A stretch of DNA of 64,000 nt from Patescibacteria group bacterium (GCA_038065395.1 JBBTRB010000004.1:6042-70041), one strand, 5' to 3'. Counted from the stretch's first letter, positions 10,258-20,398 are shown. Translations and numbers: made by a program. Notes: generated from the letters alone by a model not told the origin.

Positions 10258-10662
10258 ATGAGTAACATAATGAATAACAAGAAAATCATAGGCATTGTAG
10301 TAGCGGTCATAGTCATTGCTATTATCGGATTCCTCGTATACAAGAAAGCGCCAGCTTCAACTCCTGCAGACCCAAATACCGCAGAAGCTCAAGCTGAGAT
10401 GGAGGCGATCGTCGCAAAAGTCGGCAAGCTCATCGACCTCCCAACGGGCGAGAACCCAACGGTTGCAACTATTACCGACCCAGAGAAGCTCAAAGATCAG
10501 CCATTCTTCGCCAACGCAAAGTCTGGCCACAAAGTCTTGATCTATCCTACCGCTCGCAAGGCGTTCTTGTACGACGAGTCTAGGAACAAGCTCATCGAAG
10601 TTGCTCCACTTATCCTCGGTAACCCAGACCAGTTGACTAATACTCCTACATCAACCCAATAA
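10258..10662 (+). CDS. Small membrane-anchored hypothetical protein (tandem paralog)
   Basis: N-terminal TM; PTVATITDPEKLKDQPFFANAK motif. Confidence 0.75.
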   Translation: MSNIMNNKKIIGIVVAVIVIAIIGFLVYKKAPASTPADPNTAEAQAEMEAIVAKVGKLIDLPTGENPTVATITDPEKLKDQPFFANAKSGHKVLIYPTARKAFLYDESRNKLIEVAPLILGNPDQLTNTPTSTQ

Positions 10663-10678
10663 GAGTTGATACTCTTGC

Positions 10679-11464
10679 ATGTATAGAGCCTTCCTCATCA
10701 TCATATCTCTCGTGGTTATGGTGCCGCACGGTAGTTTTGTCCATGCGGAGGAATACACTTCTTCGAGCTATACAGTATTGCATCCCGTGCTCACGCCAGC
10801 AGGGTTCGGCACCTCAGGTTTGTATCGGATGTGGGGGAGTCTGACCGAGATCGCTATCGGTACCAGTACAGCCACAGATTATAGTGTACAGTCAGGCTTT
10901 CTCTACTACCCAGAAGTGACCGTGCCAGTCGTATCTCCTACGGCCGGCGATGCCCAAGTGACCCTTTCGTGGACTGCCGCGCAAGGGTTTTTGGGTTGGA
11001 CAGCGACCTCATATAGAGTAGGTCAGTCGACTGTCTCTGGAGGCCCGTATATCTATACTTCTGTAGGAGGGGTACTTTCTTCGATACGAACAAGTTTGAC
11101 CAACGGAACTCCTTATTATTTCGTCATTGTGGTCAACGATGCATATGGTAGTCCGATCGGCACATCGACCGAAGTCACCTCAACTCCTGTAGCAGGCACA
11201 ACACCTACTCCTGGAGACGGAGGGGGTGGTGGAGGTAGTACCTCTTATTTCGACTACATACTCGGTACCAACGTGTTCTGTTCGATTGAGGGTGACGGGG
11301 AGCATAGAGGCGCTGATCTCAACCGTGACGGAAGGGTGAACCTTGTTGATCTCAGTATCTTGCTCTACCATCTCGGCAGATTTGATCCACGATATGATTG
11401 TAATTCTGACGATAAGGTCGACTTCGTAGATATTTCTATCATGTTCTATCATTGGACAGAATAA
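10679..11464 (+). CDS. Secreted FN3 + dockerin-like protein
   Basis: Signal peptide; FN3 (GDAQVTLSW..LTNGTPYYF); twin Ca-loop repeats DLNRDGRVNLVDLSIL and DCNSDDKVDFVDISIM. Confidence 0.75.
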   Translation: MYRAFLIIISLVVMVPHGSFVHAEEYTSSSYTVLHPVLTPAGFGTSGLYRMWGSLTEIAIGTSTATDYSVQSGFLYYPEVTVPVVSPTAGDAQVTLSWTAAQGFLGWTATSYRVGQSTVSGGPYIYTSVGGVLSSIRTSLTNGTPYYFVIVVNDAYGSPIGTSTEVTSTPVAGTTPTPGDGGGGGGSTSYFDYILGTNVFCSIEGDGEHRGADLNRDGRVNLVDLSILLYHLGRFDPRYDCNSDDKVDFVDISIMFYHWTE

Positions 11465-12366
11465 ATACTCTCATGAATATTCACAAAATCACTACATCTA
11501 TACTCTTGCTCGTAAGTGTATTGGTGCCCATTCATACACTGAGCGCGCAGGCCAATGCCAACACGTCTCCTCGAATATACATAGAAGCACCTACGCGAGT
11601 TTCTGTGGGTTCAGAGTTCGTGGTGAAAGTATTGGTTGATAGTGAATCGCCGATCAATGCTATGGAGATAGCACTCACCTATCCGGGAACATTCCTCAAA
11701 CCAAGTGCATTCAACGAGAGCTCGTCGATCATTCAGCTCTGGCAGGACAAAGACTGGAGATCAACACCAGGTAAGATCATGTTGAGTGGCGGCATACCGC
11801 GTGCTTTTGCAGGTAACAAAGGAGAGGTCGGACGTCTGACATTCAAAGCTGTTGCGCCAGGAGACGTCACTGTGTCATTTACCGTTGCGGATACCTATTA
11901 TGCTGATGGGTTAGGAACTCGTACTACTGCCCGTACGTCCCCTGTACGCTTGAGTGTTTTTGCTGTTACTCCAGGTTCACCACAGGTAATAACTACCACT
12001 GTGGTACAAGATGAGGCATTGAATTCAGATACGCAACCCCCAGTATTCGGCCTCACTGACACTCTACGTAACCCTTCCAAAGGCAATCATCTGGCTATTT
12101 TCGAAGTGAAGGATACTGGTTCCGGTATTGCCAAGGTGGAAATACGTACCAACTCTCTGGTGTCCTGGAGTGATTGGCATGAAGTGACCAATCCAGCCGA
12201 AGTCCGATCTGGAACTTTCAAGTATCAGTTGCGTGCCACTGACAACACGGGGAATATCACCGTCGAAACATTCTATATCCGTTCAAAACTCATCTTGATA
12301 CTGAGCATTGTTATACTCAGTTTTGCCTTCCTTGCTGGTGCAATATACTTTATAATTAAACGGTGA
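11452..12366 (+). CDS. Cohesin-like domain protein with C-terminal TM anchor
   Basis: Signal peptide; VGSEFVVKVLVDS..INAMEIALTYP cohesin-like pattern; terminal hydrophobic helix. Confidence 0.7.
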   Translation: MDRINTLMNIHKITTSILLLVSVLVPIHTLSAQANANTSPRIYIEAPTRVSVGSEFVVKVLVDSESPINAMEIALTYPGTFLKPSAFNESSSIIQLWQDKDWRSTPGKIMLSGGIPRAFAGNKGEVGRLTFKAVAPGDVTVSFTVADTYYADGLGTRTTARTSPVRLSVFAVTPGSPQVITTTVVQDEALNSDTQPPVFGLTDTLRNPSKGNHLAIFEVKDTGSGIAKVEIRTNSLVSWSDWHEVTNPAEVRSGTFKYQLRATDNTGNITVETFYIRSKLILILSIVILSFAFLAGAIYFIIKR

Positions 12367-14387
12367 ACCTTCTCATCAAAGGCTATATAGTTTTTGTGGC
12401 AGTCTGTGCCATCTTCGTTGTCTCAGCTCTTCCTGTATCTGCGGCGCAACTTATCTTGTCACCAGCGAGTGGAACTTTCACGGTAGGGAGCACATTCGAT
12501 GTGTCGATATTCCTCGATAGTGAAGATCAGTCTGTCAATGTTGTCAATGCTGAGATTTTGTTCCCTCCAGACAAACTCCAGCTCGTTTCGCCTACAACTG
12601 GCCAGTCGATCATCAGTGTGTGGACTGCACAGCCTGTATTCAATAATAAAGATGGACTTATCCAGCTCACCGGCGGTATCCCTGGTGGGATCAAGGTTAG
12701 TCGAGGTCTGATCACGACATTGACATTCCGGGTCAAGCAAACAGGCAATCCTGTCCTTGTCCGTTTCTCCGACAAATCCACCGTACTTGCCAATGACGGC
12801 AAAGGCACTGCGGTTCTCAGTGGTTTCCAGAACGGTATCGTCAATCTGATATTGCCACCACCTGCTGGGCCAGTGGTTTCTTCGGAGACGCACCCTGACC
12901 AGTCAGAATGGTATTCCAACAAAAATGTCATCCTGCGTTGGGCAAGCGTCAATGCTGTAGAAAAATACAGCTATGTTATCGATAAGAATCCTGTAGGTAT
13001 TCCAGATAACATCGCCGATGGTGACAATGGTAGTGTGGTATACAAAGACCTAGAGAATGGTATTCATTATTTCCATATAAAGTCCCTTCGTGATGGAGCG
13101 TGGGGAGGTGTAACTCATTTCGGTATCAACATAGACGCCGAAGCACCTGCAGAATTCCCTGTAGAAGTCATCCCTTCGAGTCGTACATCGAGTAAAAACC
13201 AGATCATCAACTTCCTAACCACAGACTCTCTGTCTGGTATCGCATACTATGAAGTCAAAACCATACCTCTGAGTCAAGGCTCATCAGGTGAGCAATTGTT
13301 CGTAGAGACGATGAGTCCTCATCAGTCTGCACTCGATCTTGGTTCCTATGATGTCATTATTCGAGCGTATGACAATGCGGGCAACTATAGAGATGTGCAA
13401 CAACGCATCAAGATTGTTGCGCCGTTCCTCGAATTTGTAACGGATCAAGGTGTTCGTATCATTGGCGGGGCTATCATACCGTGGATGTGGGTGTGGATAT
13501 TGATACTCATTTTCATTCTCATCACAGCATTTCTGGCATGGTCTACTCGACGATGGCACCATGATATACACTCCAATCGCCAAAAGAGGATTTTGCCAGA
13601 CGCCCTGAAATCCCAACTTTCAGAATTGCAAAAATACAAACAAAAGTATGGCAGTCTGGCGATCCTGCTTGCTGTCGGAGTGTTGTCTTTGTTCGGCGGC
13701 AACGTGGCAGATGCTCAACAGAAGATAGAGCTTGCACCACCTTCGGTCTCCACAGTCTCACGTGATATTTCCAATGAAGAGATCTTCTATATCGGTGGTA
13801 ACACATTGTCACCACTTACCGAAGTCGTGATCTATCTGCAAAACATGCAAACTGGGGAGGCGGTCAGTGAGACCGTCACTTCTGACAAAACCGGCGAATG
13901 GTTCTATCGTCATCCGCGTTTCCTCTCTCCAGGCAACTACGTCTTGTGGACTCAAGGGAGATCCGGCGAGATCATGAGTCCTCCTGGTCCACAGATCGAG
14001 CTCAAAGTAGTTCAGACGGCGATACAGTTCGGTGGATCCCGCTTGAGCTATGAGACACTCTATCTCGGTCTTACTCTCATTTTGCTGTTCATCGTGATCC
14101 TCCTGGGCACCTTCATCATCTATCACGCGTATCATGGCAGGAAGAAACACAAGCTCTTCTGGAAAGAAGTCCGTGAAGCCGAAGAAGCCGTACGCAGAGG
14201 TTTTGCAGTGCTCAAGCGTGACATCGAAGCCGAGCTCTCTATCGTGCGCAAAGCCAAGCTCAGCCCATCGGTCCGCGAAGAGATCAAACAGCGAGAGATG
14301 CAACTTCTCGGCGATCTCGAGACGGTTCGTGGTCATATTGGCAAGGAGGTGTGGGATATTGGGCAGATCGAGCAGTCGTCGATGTAG
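12363..14387 (+). CDS. Cohesin-like + Ig-like multi-pass envelope protein
   Basis: VGSTFDVSIFLDS..VNVVNAEILFP; SSETHPDQSEWY..GIHYFHI Ig-like block; three TM segments; GTG start overlaps the upstream stop. Confidence 0.72.
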   Translation: MNLLIKGYIVFVAVCAIFVVSALPVSAAQLILSPASGTFTVGSTFDVSIFLDSEDQSVNVVNAEILFPPDKLQLVSPTTGQSIISVWTAQPVFNNKDGLIQLTGGIPGGIKVSRGLITTLTFRVKQTGNPVLVRFSDKSTVLANDGKGTAVLSGFQNGIVNLILPPPAGPVVSSETHPDQSEWYSNKNVILRWASVNAVEKYSYVIDKNPVGIPDNIADGDNGSVVYKDLENGIHYFHIKSLRDGAWGGVTHFGINIDAEAPAEFPVEVIPSSRTSSKNQIINFLTTDSLSGIAYYEVKTIPLSQGSSGEQLFVETMSPHQSALDLGSYDVIIRAYDNAGNYRDVQQRIKIVAPFLEFVTDQGVRIIGGAIIPWMWVWILILIFILITAFLAWSTRRWHHDIHSNRQKRILPDALKSQLSELQKYKQKYGSLAILLAVGVLSLFGGNVADAQQKIELAPPSVSTVSRDISNEEIFYIGGNTLSPLTEVVIYLQNMQTGEAVSETVTSDKTGEWFYRHPRFLSPGNYVLWTQGRSGEIMSPPGPQIELKVVQTAIQFGGSRLSYETLYLGLTLILLFIVILLGTFIIYHAYHGRKKHKLFWKEVREAEEAVRRGFAVLKRDIEAELSIVRKAKLSPSVREEIKQREMQLLGDLETVRGHIGKEVWDIGQIEQSSM

Positions 14388-14411
14388 AAAATAATAAATA
14401 TAGTAAAAAAT

Positions 14412-14789
14412 ATGAAAATATCACATTCTATATTTATCTCAGTTTACTCATTAATCTTATTAGGCTCGATTATTTTTGGGGTGAATTTAGTTTTCAATAA
14501 GGGTGTCAGACCTGATGATTTTACAGAATTATTACTCGCAGCCGGTTATCTATTGGGTTTGATTTTCTCTATTTTTTTACATGTGAGAAGTCTCAAAAGA
14601 TTGGCTAATGTTGAGCAGAAATTATTCCTCGGAGTCTCTTATCTGAATCTCGCGGTATTTGTCGTTGGAATTTTCATGAGCTTAACCTGTAGAGATGCGG
14701 GTTGTATGGTAGTGTTTATCCCCATGCTCATTGTTATCTCATTATGGTTATTTAGTTTTCTTGCTGGAATAATTGCGCTGAAGAGATAA
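14412..14789 (+). CDS. AT-rich hypothetical membrane protein (~4 TM)
   Basis: Hydrophobic ORF, low GC relative to neighbours. Confidence 0.6.
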   Translation: MKISHSIFISVYSLILLGSIIFGVNLVFNKGVRPDDFTELLLAAGYLLGLIFSIFLHVRSLKRLANVEQKLFLGVSYLNLAVFVVGIFMSLTCRDAGCMVVFIPMLIVISLWLFSFLAGIIALKR

Positions 14790-14813
14790 GATTATTCGTG
14801 TTAGAATACTCCC

Positions 14814-16154
14814 ATGTCTCGCCCTCATATTGTCATACTCGGAGCAGGTTTCGGTGGAGTGTATGTTGCCCGTAAGCTTGCCCGCGCCGTCAAAAAAGGT
14901 ACCGTTGATGTCACTATCATCAACCGTACAAACTACTTTCTCTTCACGCCGCTTCTTCATGAAGTTGCAACCGGAGGTTTGAGTCCACGTAGTGTCGCCG
15001 AGCCACTCCGTGAAGTATTCGCAGGCACAGGCATCCGTGTCATACAGGCTGATATCGAAAAGATAGACACGACCGCACGTACTGCGTCTCTCAAAGGCCA
15101 TATCAATACCTGTTCGATCTCCTACGACCGGCTCATCATCGCCACCGGTGCAGAGACCAACTACTACGGTATTCCTGGTGCCGAGATGCATACCATGGCG
15201 TTGAAAAACCTTCAGGACGCGTATCTCATCCGCAACAAAGTCATCGACCTTTTCGAACAGGCAGTTCTCGAACGTGACACACTCAAGCGTCGTGAGCTTC
15301 TCGCGTTCACGGTAGTCGGAGGTGGCGCAACGGGTGTAGAGGTCGCAGCCGAGCTCAAAGAGTTCATCGATGGCATGGTGCGCCGATACTATCGAGACAC
15401 CGAAGGGCAAGATGTCGATGGGTCTCGACCAGATGATACGAAACAGTGTCATCCAGAAGAACCAAGTATGACACTTGTCCATGGCGGCAAGGAACTCTTG
15501 GAACAATTCTCTCCAGGATTGCGCAAAGCAGCCTCTGAACGTCTACAGAAAAACGGCATTACCATAAAATCCGGCAGTACCGTAGCGACAGTTACGAAAA
15601 GCGGCATCACTCTTGCTGACGGTTCTTCGGTCCCATCTTCGCTCATCGTATGGGCCGCTGGTGTCAAACCGATCATTCCGGCTTTCGCTCGTGCAGAGTC
15701 TGTGACTGCCGGAGGTGGACGTCTGGCAGTTGATGAATATTTCCGCCTTCTCAAACACAAAGATATTTTTGCGCTCGGAGATGTGTCAGGATATATCGAT
15801 CAGGATGCTCATGCTGCTCCACAAGATCCGACCAAACCTCCTCGACCACTGCCGATGTTGGCGCAAGTCGCGGTCTCACAGGCACGCATAGTCTCTACGA
15901 ACGTCCTCAAGTCTCTCGATGACGATGCGACACTTTCTCGGTTCCATTATCATTCCAAAGGCAGCATGGTCTCGGTCGGTCAATGGTTTGCGATCGGCGA
16001 GATCTTCTCCTTCAAGATTGCCGGCAAGATCACTTGGTGGATGTGGCGTACAGTCTATCTCTTCAAATTCTCCTCATGGCCAAAACGCATTCAGATCGTC
16101 TTCGAATGGACTCTGGCCATATTCTATCCGAGGGATATTACGAAGTTGAGTTAG
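14814..16154 (+). CDS. ndh: Type II NADH dehydrogenase (NAD(P)/FAD-dependent oxidoreductase)
   Basis: GAGFGG, FTPLLHEVATG, VVGGGATGVE, WAAGVK, FALGD and AQVAVSQ motifs. Confidence 0.9.
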   Translation: MSRPHIVILGAGFGGVYVARKLARAVKKGTVDVTIINRTNYFLFTPLLHEVATGGLSPRSVAEPLREVFAGTGIRVIQADIEKIDTTARTASLKGHINTCSISYDRLIIATGAETNYYGIPGAEMHTMALKNLQDAYLIRNKVIDLFEQAVLERDTLKRRELLAFTVVGGGATGVEVAAELKEFIDGMVRRYYRDTEGQDVDGSRPDDTKQCHPEEPSMTLVHGGKELLEQFSPGLRKAASERLQKNGITIKSGSTVATVTKSGITLADGSSVPSSLIVWAAGVKPIIPAFARAESVTAGGGRLAVDEYFRLLKHKDIFALGDVSGYIDQDAHAAPQDPTKPPRPLPMLAQVAVSQARIVSTNVLKSLDDDATLSRFHYHSKGSMVSVGQWFAIGEIFSFKIAGKITWWMWRTVYLFKFSSWPKRIQIVFEWTLAIFYPRDITKLS

Positions 16155-16277
16155 AGAGCTAGTCCACAATCTCCATCTACTTCGTTACTTTCTACGCTCA
16201 AACTATCACCGTATACACGATACGGCTCAAGTTTTCGCTTGAAAGTGCCTCGCATATGGAGATTCTGGATACGCTCT
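16155..16277 (+). repeat. Dispersed ~123-bp structured repeat, copy A
   Basis: Similar to 23842-23965 and 31113-31234; long nested hairpin. Confidence 0.9.
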
Positions 16278-16338
16278 TGAAAGCGCTCTCGCATGGTATA
16301 CTCAAGTAAGAGATTATTGGTAGTAACTTCCAATCACT

Positions 16339-16695
16339 ATGAATATCATATTTCACTGGATCGTATCTGCTCTGGCTATTATCATTGCAGCGTATCTCTT
16401 GCCGGGTGTGGCGATATCAGGACTCATAGCGGCTCTGATCGTGGCCGTAGTTCTCGGTATTATCAATGTTTTTATAAAGCCGATCATCATACTTCTGACA
16501 CTTCCGATCAATATTCTCACCCTCGGGCTCTTCACACTCGTTATCAATGCGGCACTTATCATGCTTGCGAGTTCTATCGTCCCAGGATTTGTCGTAGATG
16601 GCTTCTGGTGGGCATTTGTCTTCGCGATCGTTCTCTGGATGATCAACTCAGTCTTTCATTCGATGGGCAGCACGTCTGATCCGGTTACCAATTAG
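16339..16695 (+). CDS. YvlD-like (phage holin 4 family) membrane protein
   Basis: KPIIILLTLPINILTLGLFTLVINA and GFWWAF motifs. Confidence 0.85.
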   Translation: MNIIFHWIVSALAIIIAAYLLPGVAISGLIAALIVAVVLGIINVFIKPIIILLTLPINILTLGLFTLVINAALIMLASSIVPGFVVDGFWWAFVFAIVLWMINSVFHSMGSTSDPVTN

Positions 16696-16716
16696 TCCCT
16701 AAAAACTACTCACTAT

Positions 16717-17112
16717 ATGACCATATCAATTCTTTTTATTGTTGGGCGCATCATCTTTGGCCTGTACTGGCTCCGTCAAGCATACAATCATCTCTTCCAC
16801 TCAGCAGGTATGATCGGTTACGCGCAGTCAAAAGGTGTTCCTCAACCAAAACTGGCCGTACTAGGAACGGGAGTGCTCATTGCTATCGGTGGTCTCTCTA
16901 TCCTTTCGGGTATGTGGATCACCATCGGACTCTCTGCTATCGCCATCTTCCTGGTCGGAGTGACTTTCACCATGCATGCATATTGGAAGGATACAGACCC
17001 TATGAGCAAGATGGGCAACGAGATCAACTTTTGGAAAAATCTGGCATTGCTCGGCGCGGTTCTGATGATGTTTGCGTTTTCTGGTTCGTGGGGGGTGGTA
17101 GGACAGAAGTAG
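16717..17112 (+). CDS. DoxX family membrane protein
   Basis: GRIIFG..; MHAYWK; NFWKNLALLG. Confidence 0.85.
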   Translation: MTISILFIVGRIIFGLYWLRQAYNHLFHSAGMIGYAQSKGVPQPKLAVLGTGVLIAIGGLSILSGMWITIGLSAIAIFLVGVTFTMHAYWKDTDPMSKMGNEINFWKNLALLGAVLMMFAFSGSWGVVGQK

Positions 17113-17134
17113 AGAAGGTTATATAAAAGAATTC

Positions 17135-17158
17135 GCCCTAGCAGTAATGCTAGGGCGG
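17135..17158. terminator. Hairpin between convergent genes
   Basis: cgccctagc-agtaat-gctagggcg. Confidence 0.55.
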
Positions 17159-17175
17159 GGAAATTTCGAGCAGAC

Positions 17176-17565
17176 TCACCCTATCTTTCTGAGTTCTCGC
17201 TCCAAATCCTTGGAGTGAACACACTGCAAAAAGTAGAATTGATGTTCAGACACACGCGGATCATGAGGACTTTCCTCGTGAGAGAGTTCTCCTGTGCCAA
17301 TAATCGGGCTTCGATTATTTCGCAAAGTTTCAGGATCTTTTCCCAGAGCCCGGAGATAGATCCCAACGCTCGTGGCCGCCTCCACATGGTAATCAGAACA
17401 CTTCAGGCAGCAAGTACAACCTTTTTTCTGCAGATCATGCAAAAGTTTGATAATTTGAGTTTTTAAGTCCACTTTGGGATATTTGGGTTTTTTGTTCGGA
17501 CTACCCAGGCTCCTTTCTAAAGCCAGTCCGTAATTCAATGTGCTTACCTGAATATTATACACCAT
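17176..17565 (-). CDS. Hypothetical protein (start uncertain)
   Basis: ORF fills the gap between a terminator and the next divergent gene; no recognised motif. Confidence 0.4.
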   Translation of the reverse strand: MVYNIQVSTLNYGLALERSLGSPNKKPKYPKVDLKTQIIKLLHDLQKKGCTCCLKCSDYHVEAATSVGIYLRALGKDPETLRNNRSPIIGTGELSHEESPHDPRVSEHQFYFLQCVHSKDLERELRKIG

Positions 17566-17645
17566 AAGTACCAGTTAAGTCAATACCCCGCAAAACACCC
17601 AAAATACGTCTTATTAGAAGAGTCTGTCATGCTATAATTTCCTCC

Positions 17646-19286
17646 ATGAATACTATTTCCGACCTGCAGAATCTCATACAAGGTTCAGTCGACACGACAC
17701 CAGAAACCCTTACCAAAGCCAGTCATGATGCAAGTATCTTCGAGATTCGCCCAGAGGCAGTCATCTCTCCGAAAAATGTCGAAGATATCAAGAAGCTTGT
17801 CATCTATGCGAGCGAGCATCCAGGAGTGACTCTTACTGCACGTTCGGGCGGTACATGTATGAGTGGAGGGTCTCTGACCAACTCTCTGGTGCTAGATATG
17901 ACTCGTCATTTCAACCAGATCAAGGAAGTGGGGGAGGGCTACGCGGTGACGCAACCCGGTGTGTACTACCGAGATTTCGACAAGGCCACTATGGACAAGG
18001 GTGGTCAGATCATGCCGAGCTTCCCGGCATCACGTGAACTCTGTACCGTAGGGGGAATGGTGGCGAACAATGCTGGTGGCGAGAAGACACTCACGTATGG
18101 CAAGACTGAACGTTATGTACGCAGACTCAAGGCAGTTTTTGCTGACGGTAACGAATACGAGATCAAACCTTTGTCTTTGGGTGAACTCGAGGAGAAGAAA
18201 AAGTTCAGCACATTCGAAGGGGAAGTGTATAGAAACATGCACGAACTCATTTCGACCAACTATGACGCTATCATGCAAGCCAAGCCGATCGTTACGAAAA
18301 ATTCCTGCGGCTATTCGCTATGGAATGTATGGAACAAAGAGAAGGATACATTTGATCTGACTCAACTCATCGTTGGTTCGCAGGGAACGTTAGGTCTCAT
18401 CACCGAGATCGAGTTTGGGTTGGTAAGACCAAAAGCATATTCACATCTCCTGGTAGTCTTTCTAACAGATCTCCAGCAACTGGGCGAAACAGCTGCACGT
18501 ATTTTGCAATTCAACCCAGAGAGTTTCGAATCCTATGACGATCAGACGCTCAAAGTTGCGTTCAAGTTTCTGCCACAGCTCATGAAACAGATGGGGGGAA
18601 ATCTCATCACGCTTGGTCTACAGTTTGTCCCGGAGATGATAGCGGTCCTCGAAGGGGGCATTCCGAAACTCGTACTTATGGCAGAGTTCACTGCAAATAC
18701 CGACGAAGAAGCACTCCGCATGGCAACCGAAGCTCAGGCCTCCATCAAGGATCTTCATGAGAAGTCTCGTGTCACCAAGACCGAACAAGATGAGAAGAAA
18801 TACTGGACGATCCGTCGTGAGAGTTTCAATATGCTGCGCAAACATGTTCACGGAGTACGCACGGCACCGTTCATCGACGACTTCGTGGTGCCTGCTCAGC
18901 GTCTACAAGAATTTTTGCCACGATTGTATACCATCCTCGGAGAATACAAGAAAGACCTGACCTATACTGTGGCGGGCCACGTGGGAGATGGTAACCTCCA
19001 CATCATTCCGCTTATGGATTTCCACAAAGACGAGGTTCGACATATCATCGAAGATTTGTCAGTCAAAGTCTATGCACTTGTCCATGAATTCAAAGGCTCG
19101 ATCACAGGGGAACACAATGACGGCATCATCCGTACTCCGTTCGTGAAGATGCAATATGGTGAAGAGGTCTATGGACTTCTCGAACAAACCAAGAAGATCT
19201 GGGATCCAAAGGGTATTTTCAACCCTGGCAAGAAGGTTGGTGGTACGCTCGAGTATGCCTTCAAGCATATCGTGAAGGAGTCATAA
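17646..19286 (+). CDS. FAD-binding oxidoreductase, GlcD/D-lactate dehydrogenase family
   Basis: RSGGT, TVGGMVANNAGG, GSQGTLG, GHVGDGNLH, GEHNDG and FNPGK motifs. Confidence 0.88.
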   Translation: MNTISDLQNLIQGSVDTTPETLTKASHDASIFEIRPEAVISPKNVEDIKKLVIYASEHPGVTLTARSGGTCMSGGSLTNSLVLDMTRHFNQIKEVGEGYAVTQPGVYYRDFDKATMDKGGQIMPSFPASRELCTVGGMVANNAGGEKTLTYGKTERYVRRLKAVFADGNEYEIKPLSLGELEEKKKFSTFEGEVYRNMHELISTNYDAIMQAKPIVTKNSCGYSLWNVWNKEKDTFDLTQLIVGSQGTLGLITEIEFGLVRPKAYSHLLVVFLTDLQQLGETAARILQFNPESFESYDDQTLKVAFKFLPQLMKQMGGNLITLGLQFVPEMIAVLEGGIPKLVLMAEFTANTDEEALRMATEAQASIKDLHEKSRVTKTEQDEKKYWTIRRESFNMLRKHVHGVRTAPFIDDFVVPAQRLQEFLPRLYTILGEYKKDLTYTVAGHVGDGNLHIIPLMDFHKDEVRHIIEDLSVKVYALVHEFKGSITGEHNDGIIRTPFVKMQYGEEVYGLLEQTKKIWDPKGIFNPGKKVGGTLEYAFKHIVKES

Positions 19287-19326
19287 TGTTGATATCTCCT
19301 CAGAGTCGATAGGGTATAATTACCTC

Positions 19327-19785
19327 ATGACCCTCAACACTATCGACATTCACATCATCAACTTCTTCAGACGGTCATCTCTGGTTGTGGCACGTCTCGG
19401 ACTTTTTATCGTGTTCTTCTGGTTCGGTATCTTGAAAGTCTTCGACATGAGTCCTGCCAGTCCTCTGGTCCAGGCGTTGTTCGAAGCTACGATATCATTC
19501 ATGGATTTTCCTACATTCCTTTTTCTTTTTGGTATCTTCGAATGCATCATCGGTATCATGTTCCTGTTACCCAAAGTTGAACGTATCGTCATACCACTTC
19601 TTGCATTCCATCTCATCACGACGATGATGCCACTCTTCCTCCTTACAGAGGCAACATGGACAGCGCCTTTCGTGCCAACACTCGAAGGTCAGTACATCAT
19701 CAAGAACGTACTGATCGTTGCAACTGCTATATTCGTAGCCGCTCACGTACATCCGTGGTCACGTCGTAAGCTTTCACCATTATAA
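19327..19785 (+). CDS. DoxX/YkgB-like membrane protein
   Basis: FFWFGILK..SPA; PTLEGQYIIKNV. Confidence 0.75.
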   Translation: MTLNTIDIHIINFFRRSSLVVARLGLFIVFFWFGILKVFDMSPASPLVQALFEATISFMDFPTFLFLFGIFECIIGIMFLLPKVERIVIPLLAFHLITTMMPLFLLTEATWTAPFVPTLEGQYIIKNVLIVATAIFVAAHVHPWSRRKLSPL

Positions 19786-19789
19786 ACAT

Positions 19790-20125
19790 ATGAACATATT
19801 TTCTATGATCACTTCTGAGCAGATCGAACTTGTCCTCATTTTCGGTGCGACGATCGTCGGGGTGGTCTCGGCCGCATACTTCTACTCATCAACAGATATT
19901 TTCATCCGTCTGATCGGACGACCATTCCGGTTCATCGCTTCGGGAGTGCTCCTGATCATGATCGGCGTCCTCATCGCTGCATTCATCTCGTACGCTGACC
20001 GTCTCGGAGTCCTGATACTTTTCTACGAGTTGCCGCTCCAAGTATTTTTCTATATTCTCTACATCAGCGGATCACTCCTCATCGTCCATGGTGCAAAAAC
20101 ATTTTCTCGGAATGTTTCGCAATAA
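19790..20125 (+). CDS. Hypothetical membrane protein
   Basis: Hydrophobic ORF directly downstream of the previous gene. Confidence 0.6.
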   Translation: MNIFSMITSEQIELVLIFGATIVGVVSAAYFYSSTDIFIRLIGRPFRFIASGVLLIMIGVLIAAFISYADRLGVLILFYELPLQVFFYILYISGSLLIVHGAKTFSRNVSQ

Positions 20126-20255
20126 TTTTTTCCAAAAAGTTATACACACATTTTGTTTTTTCTGCTCGCATTCGTACGCACATGACCTATAATGAATACA
20201 GGTCGAAAATAATATCTGAATGTTAATTTAATTTTACTTCTCTCTATTTATTTTT

Positions 20256-20372
20256 ATGGCAAAAAGACAATCATCGCAAGGCAAGGCGTCTCGTTCTCGC
20301 AAGACCAAGAAGCGTCTCGCGGTCAAGCACACGAAGAAGTCTAAGGCAAAGAAGACCAAGAAGCGAAAATAG
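20256..20372 (+). CDS. 38-aa very basic protein MAKRQSSQGKASRSRKTKKRLAVKHTKKSKAKKTKKRK (below the ORF-track length cutoff)
   Basis: ATG..TAG in frame; AAG/CGT/CTC codon bias like highly expressed genes here; TATAAT upstream; terminator downstream. Confidence 0.65.
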   Translation: MAKRQSSQGKASRSRKTKKRLAVKHTKKSKAKKTKKRK

Positions 20373-20398
20373 TTCGCACTTCTTCTCATCGAATTTCA

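Noticed and set aside
16339-16695. Prophage implied by a holin-family gene and fibre-like protein
   Set aside because: YvlD-like proteins are common chromosomal genes; no capsid, terminase or integrase seen
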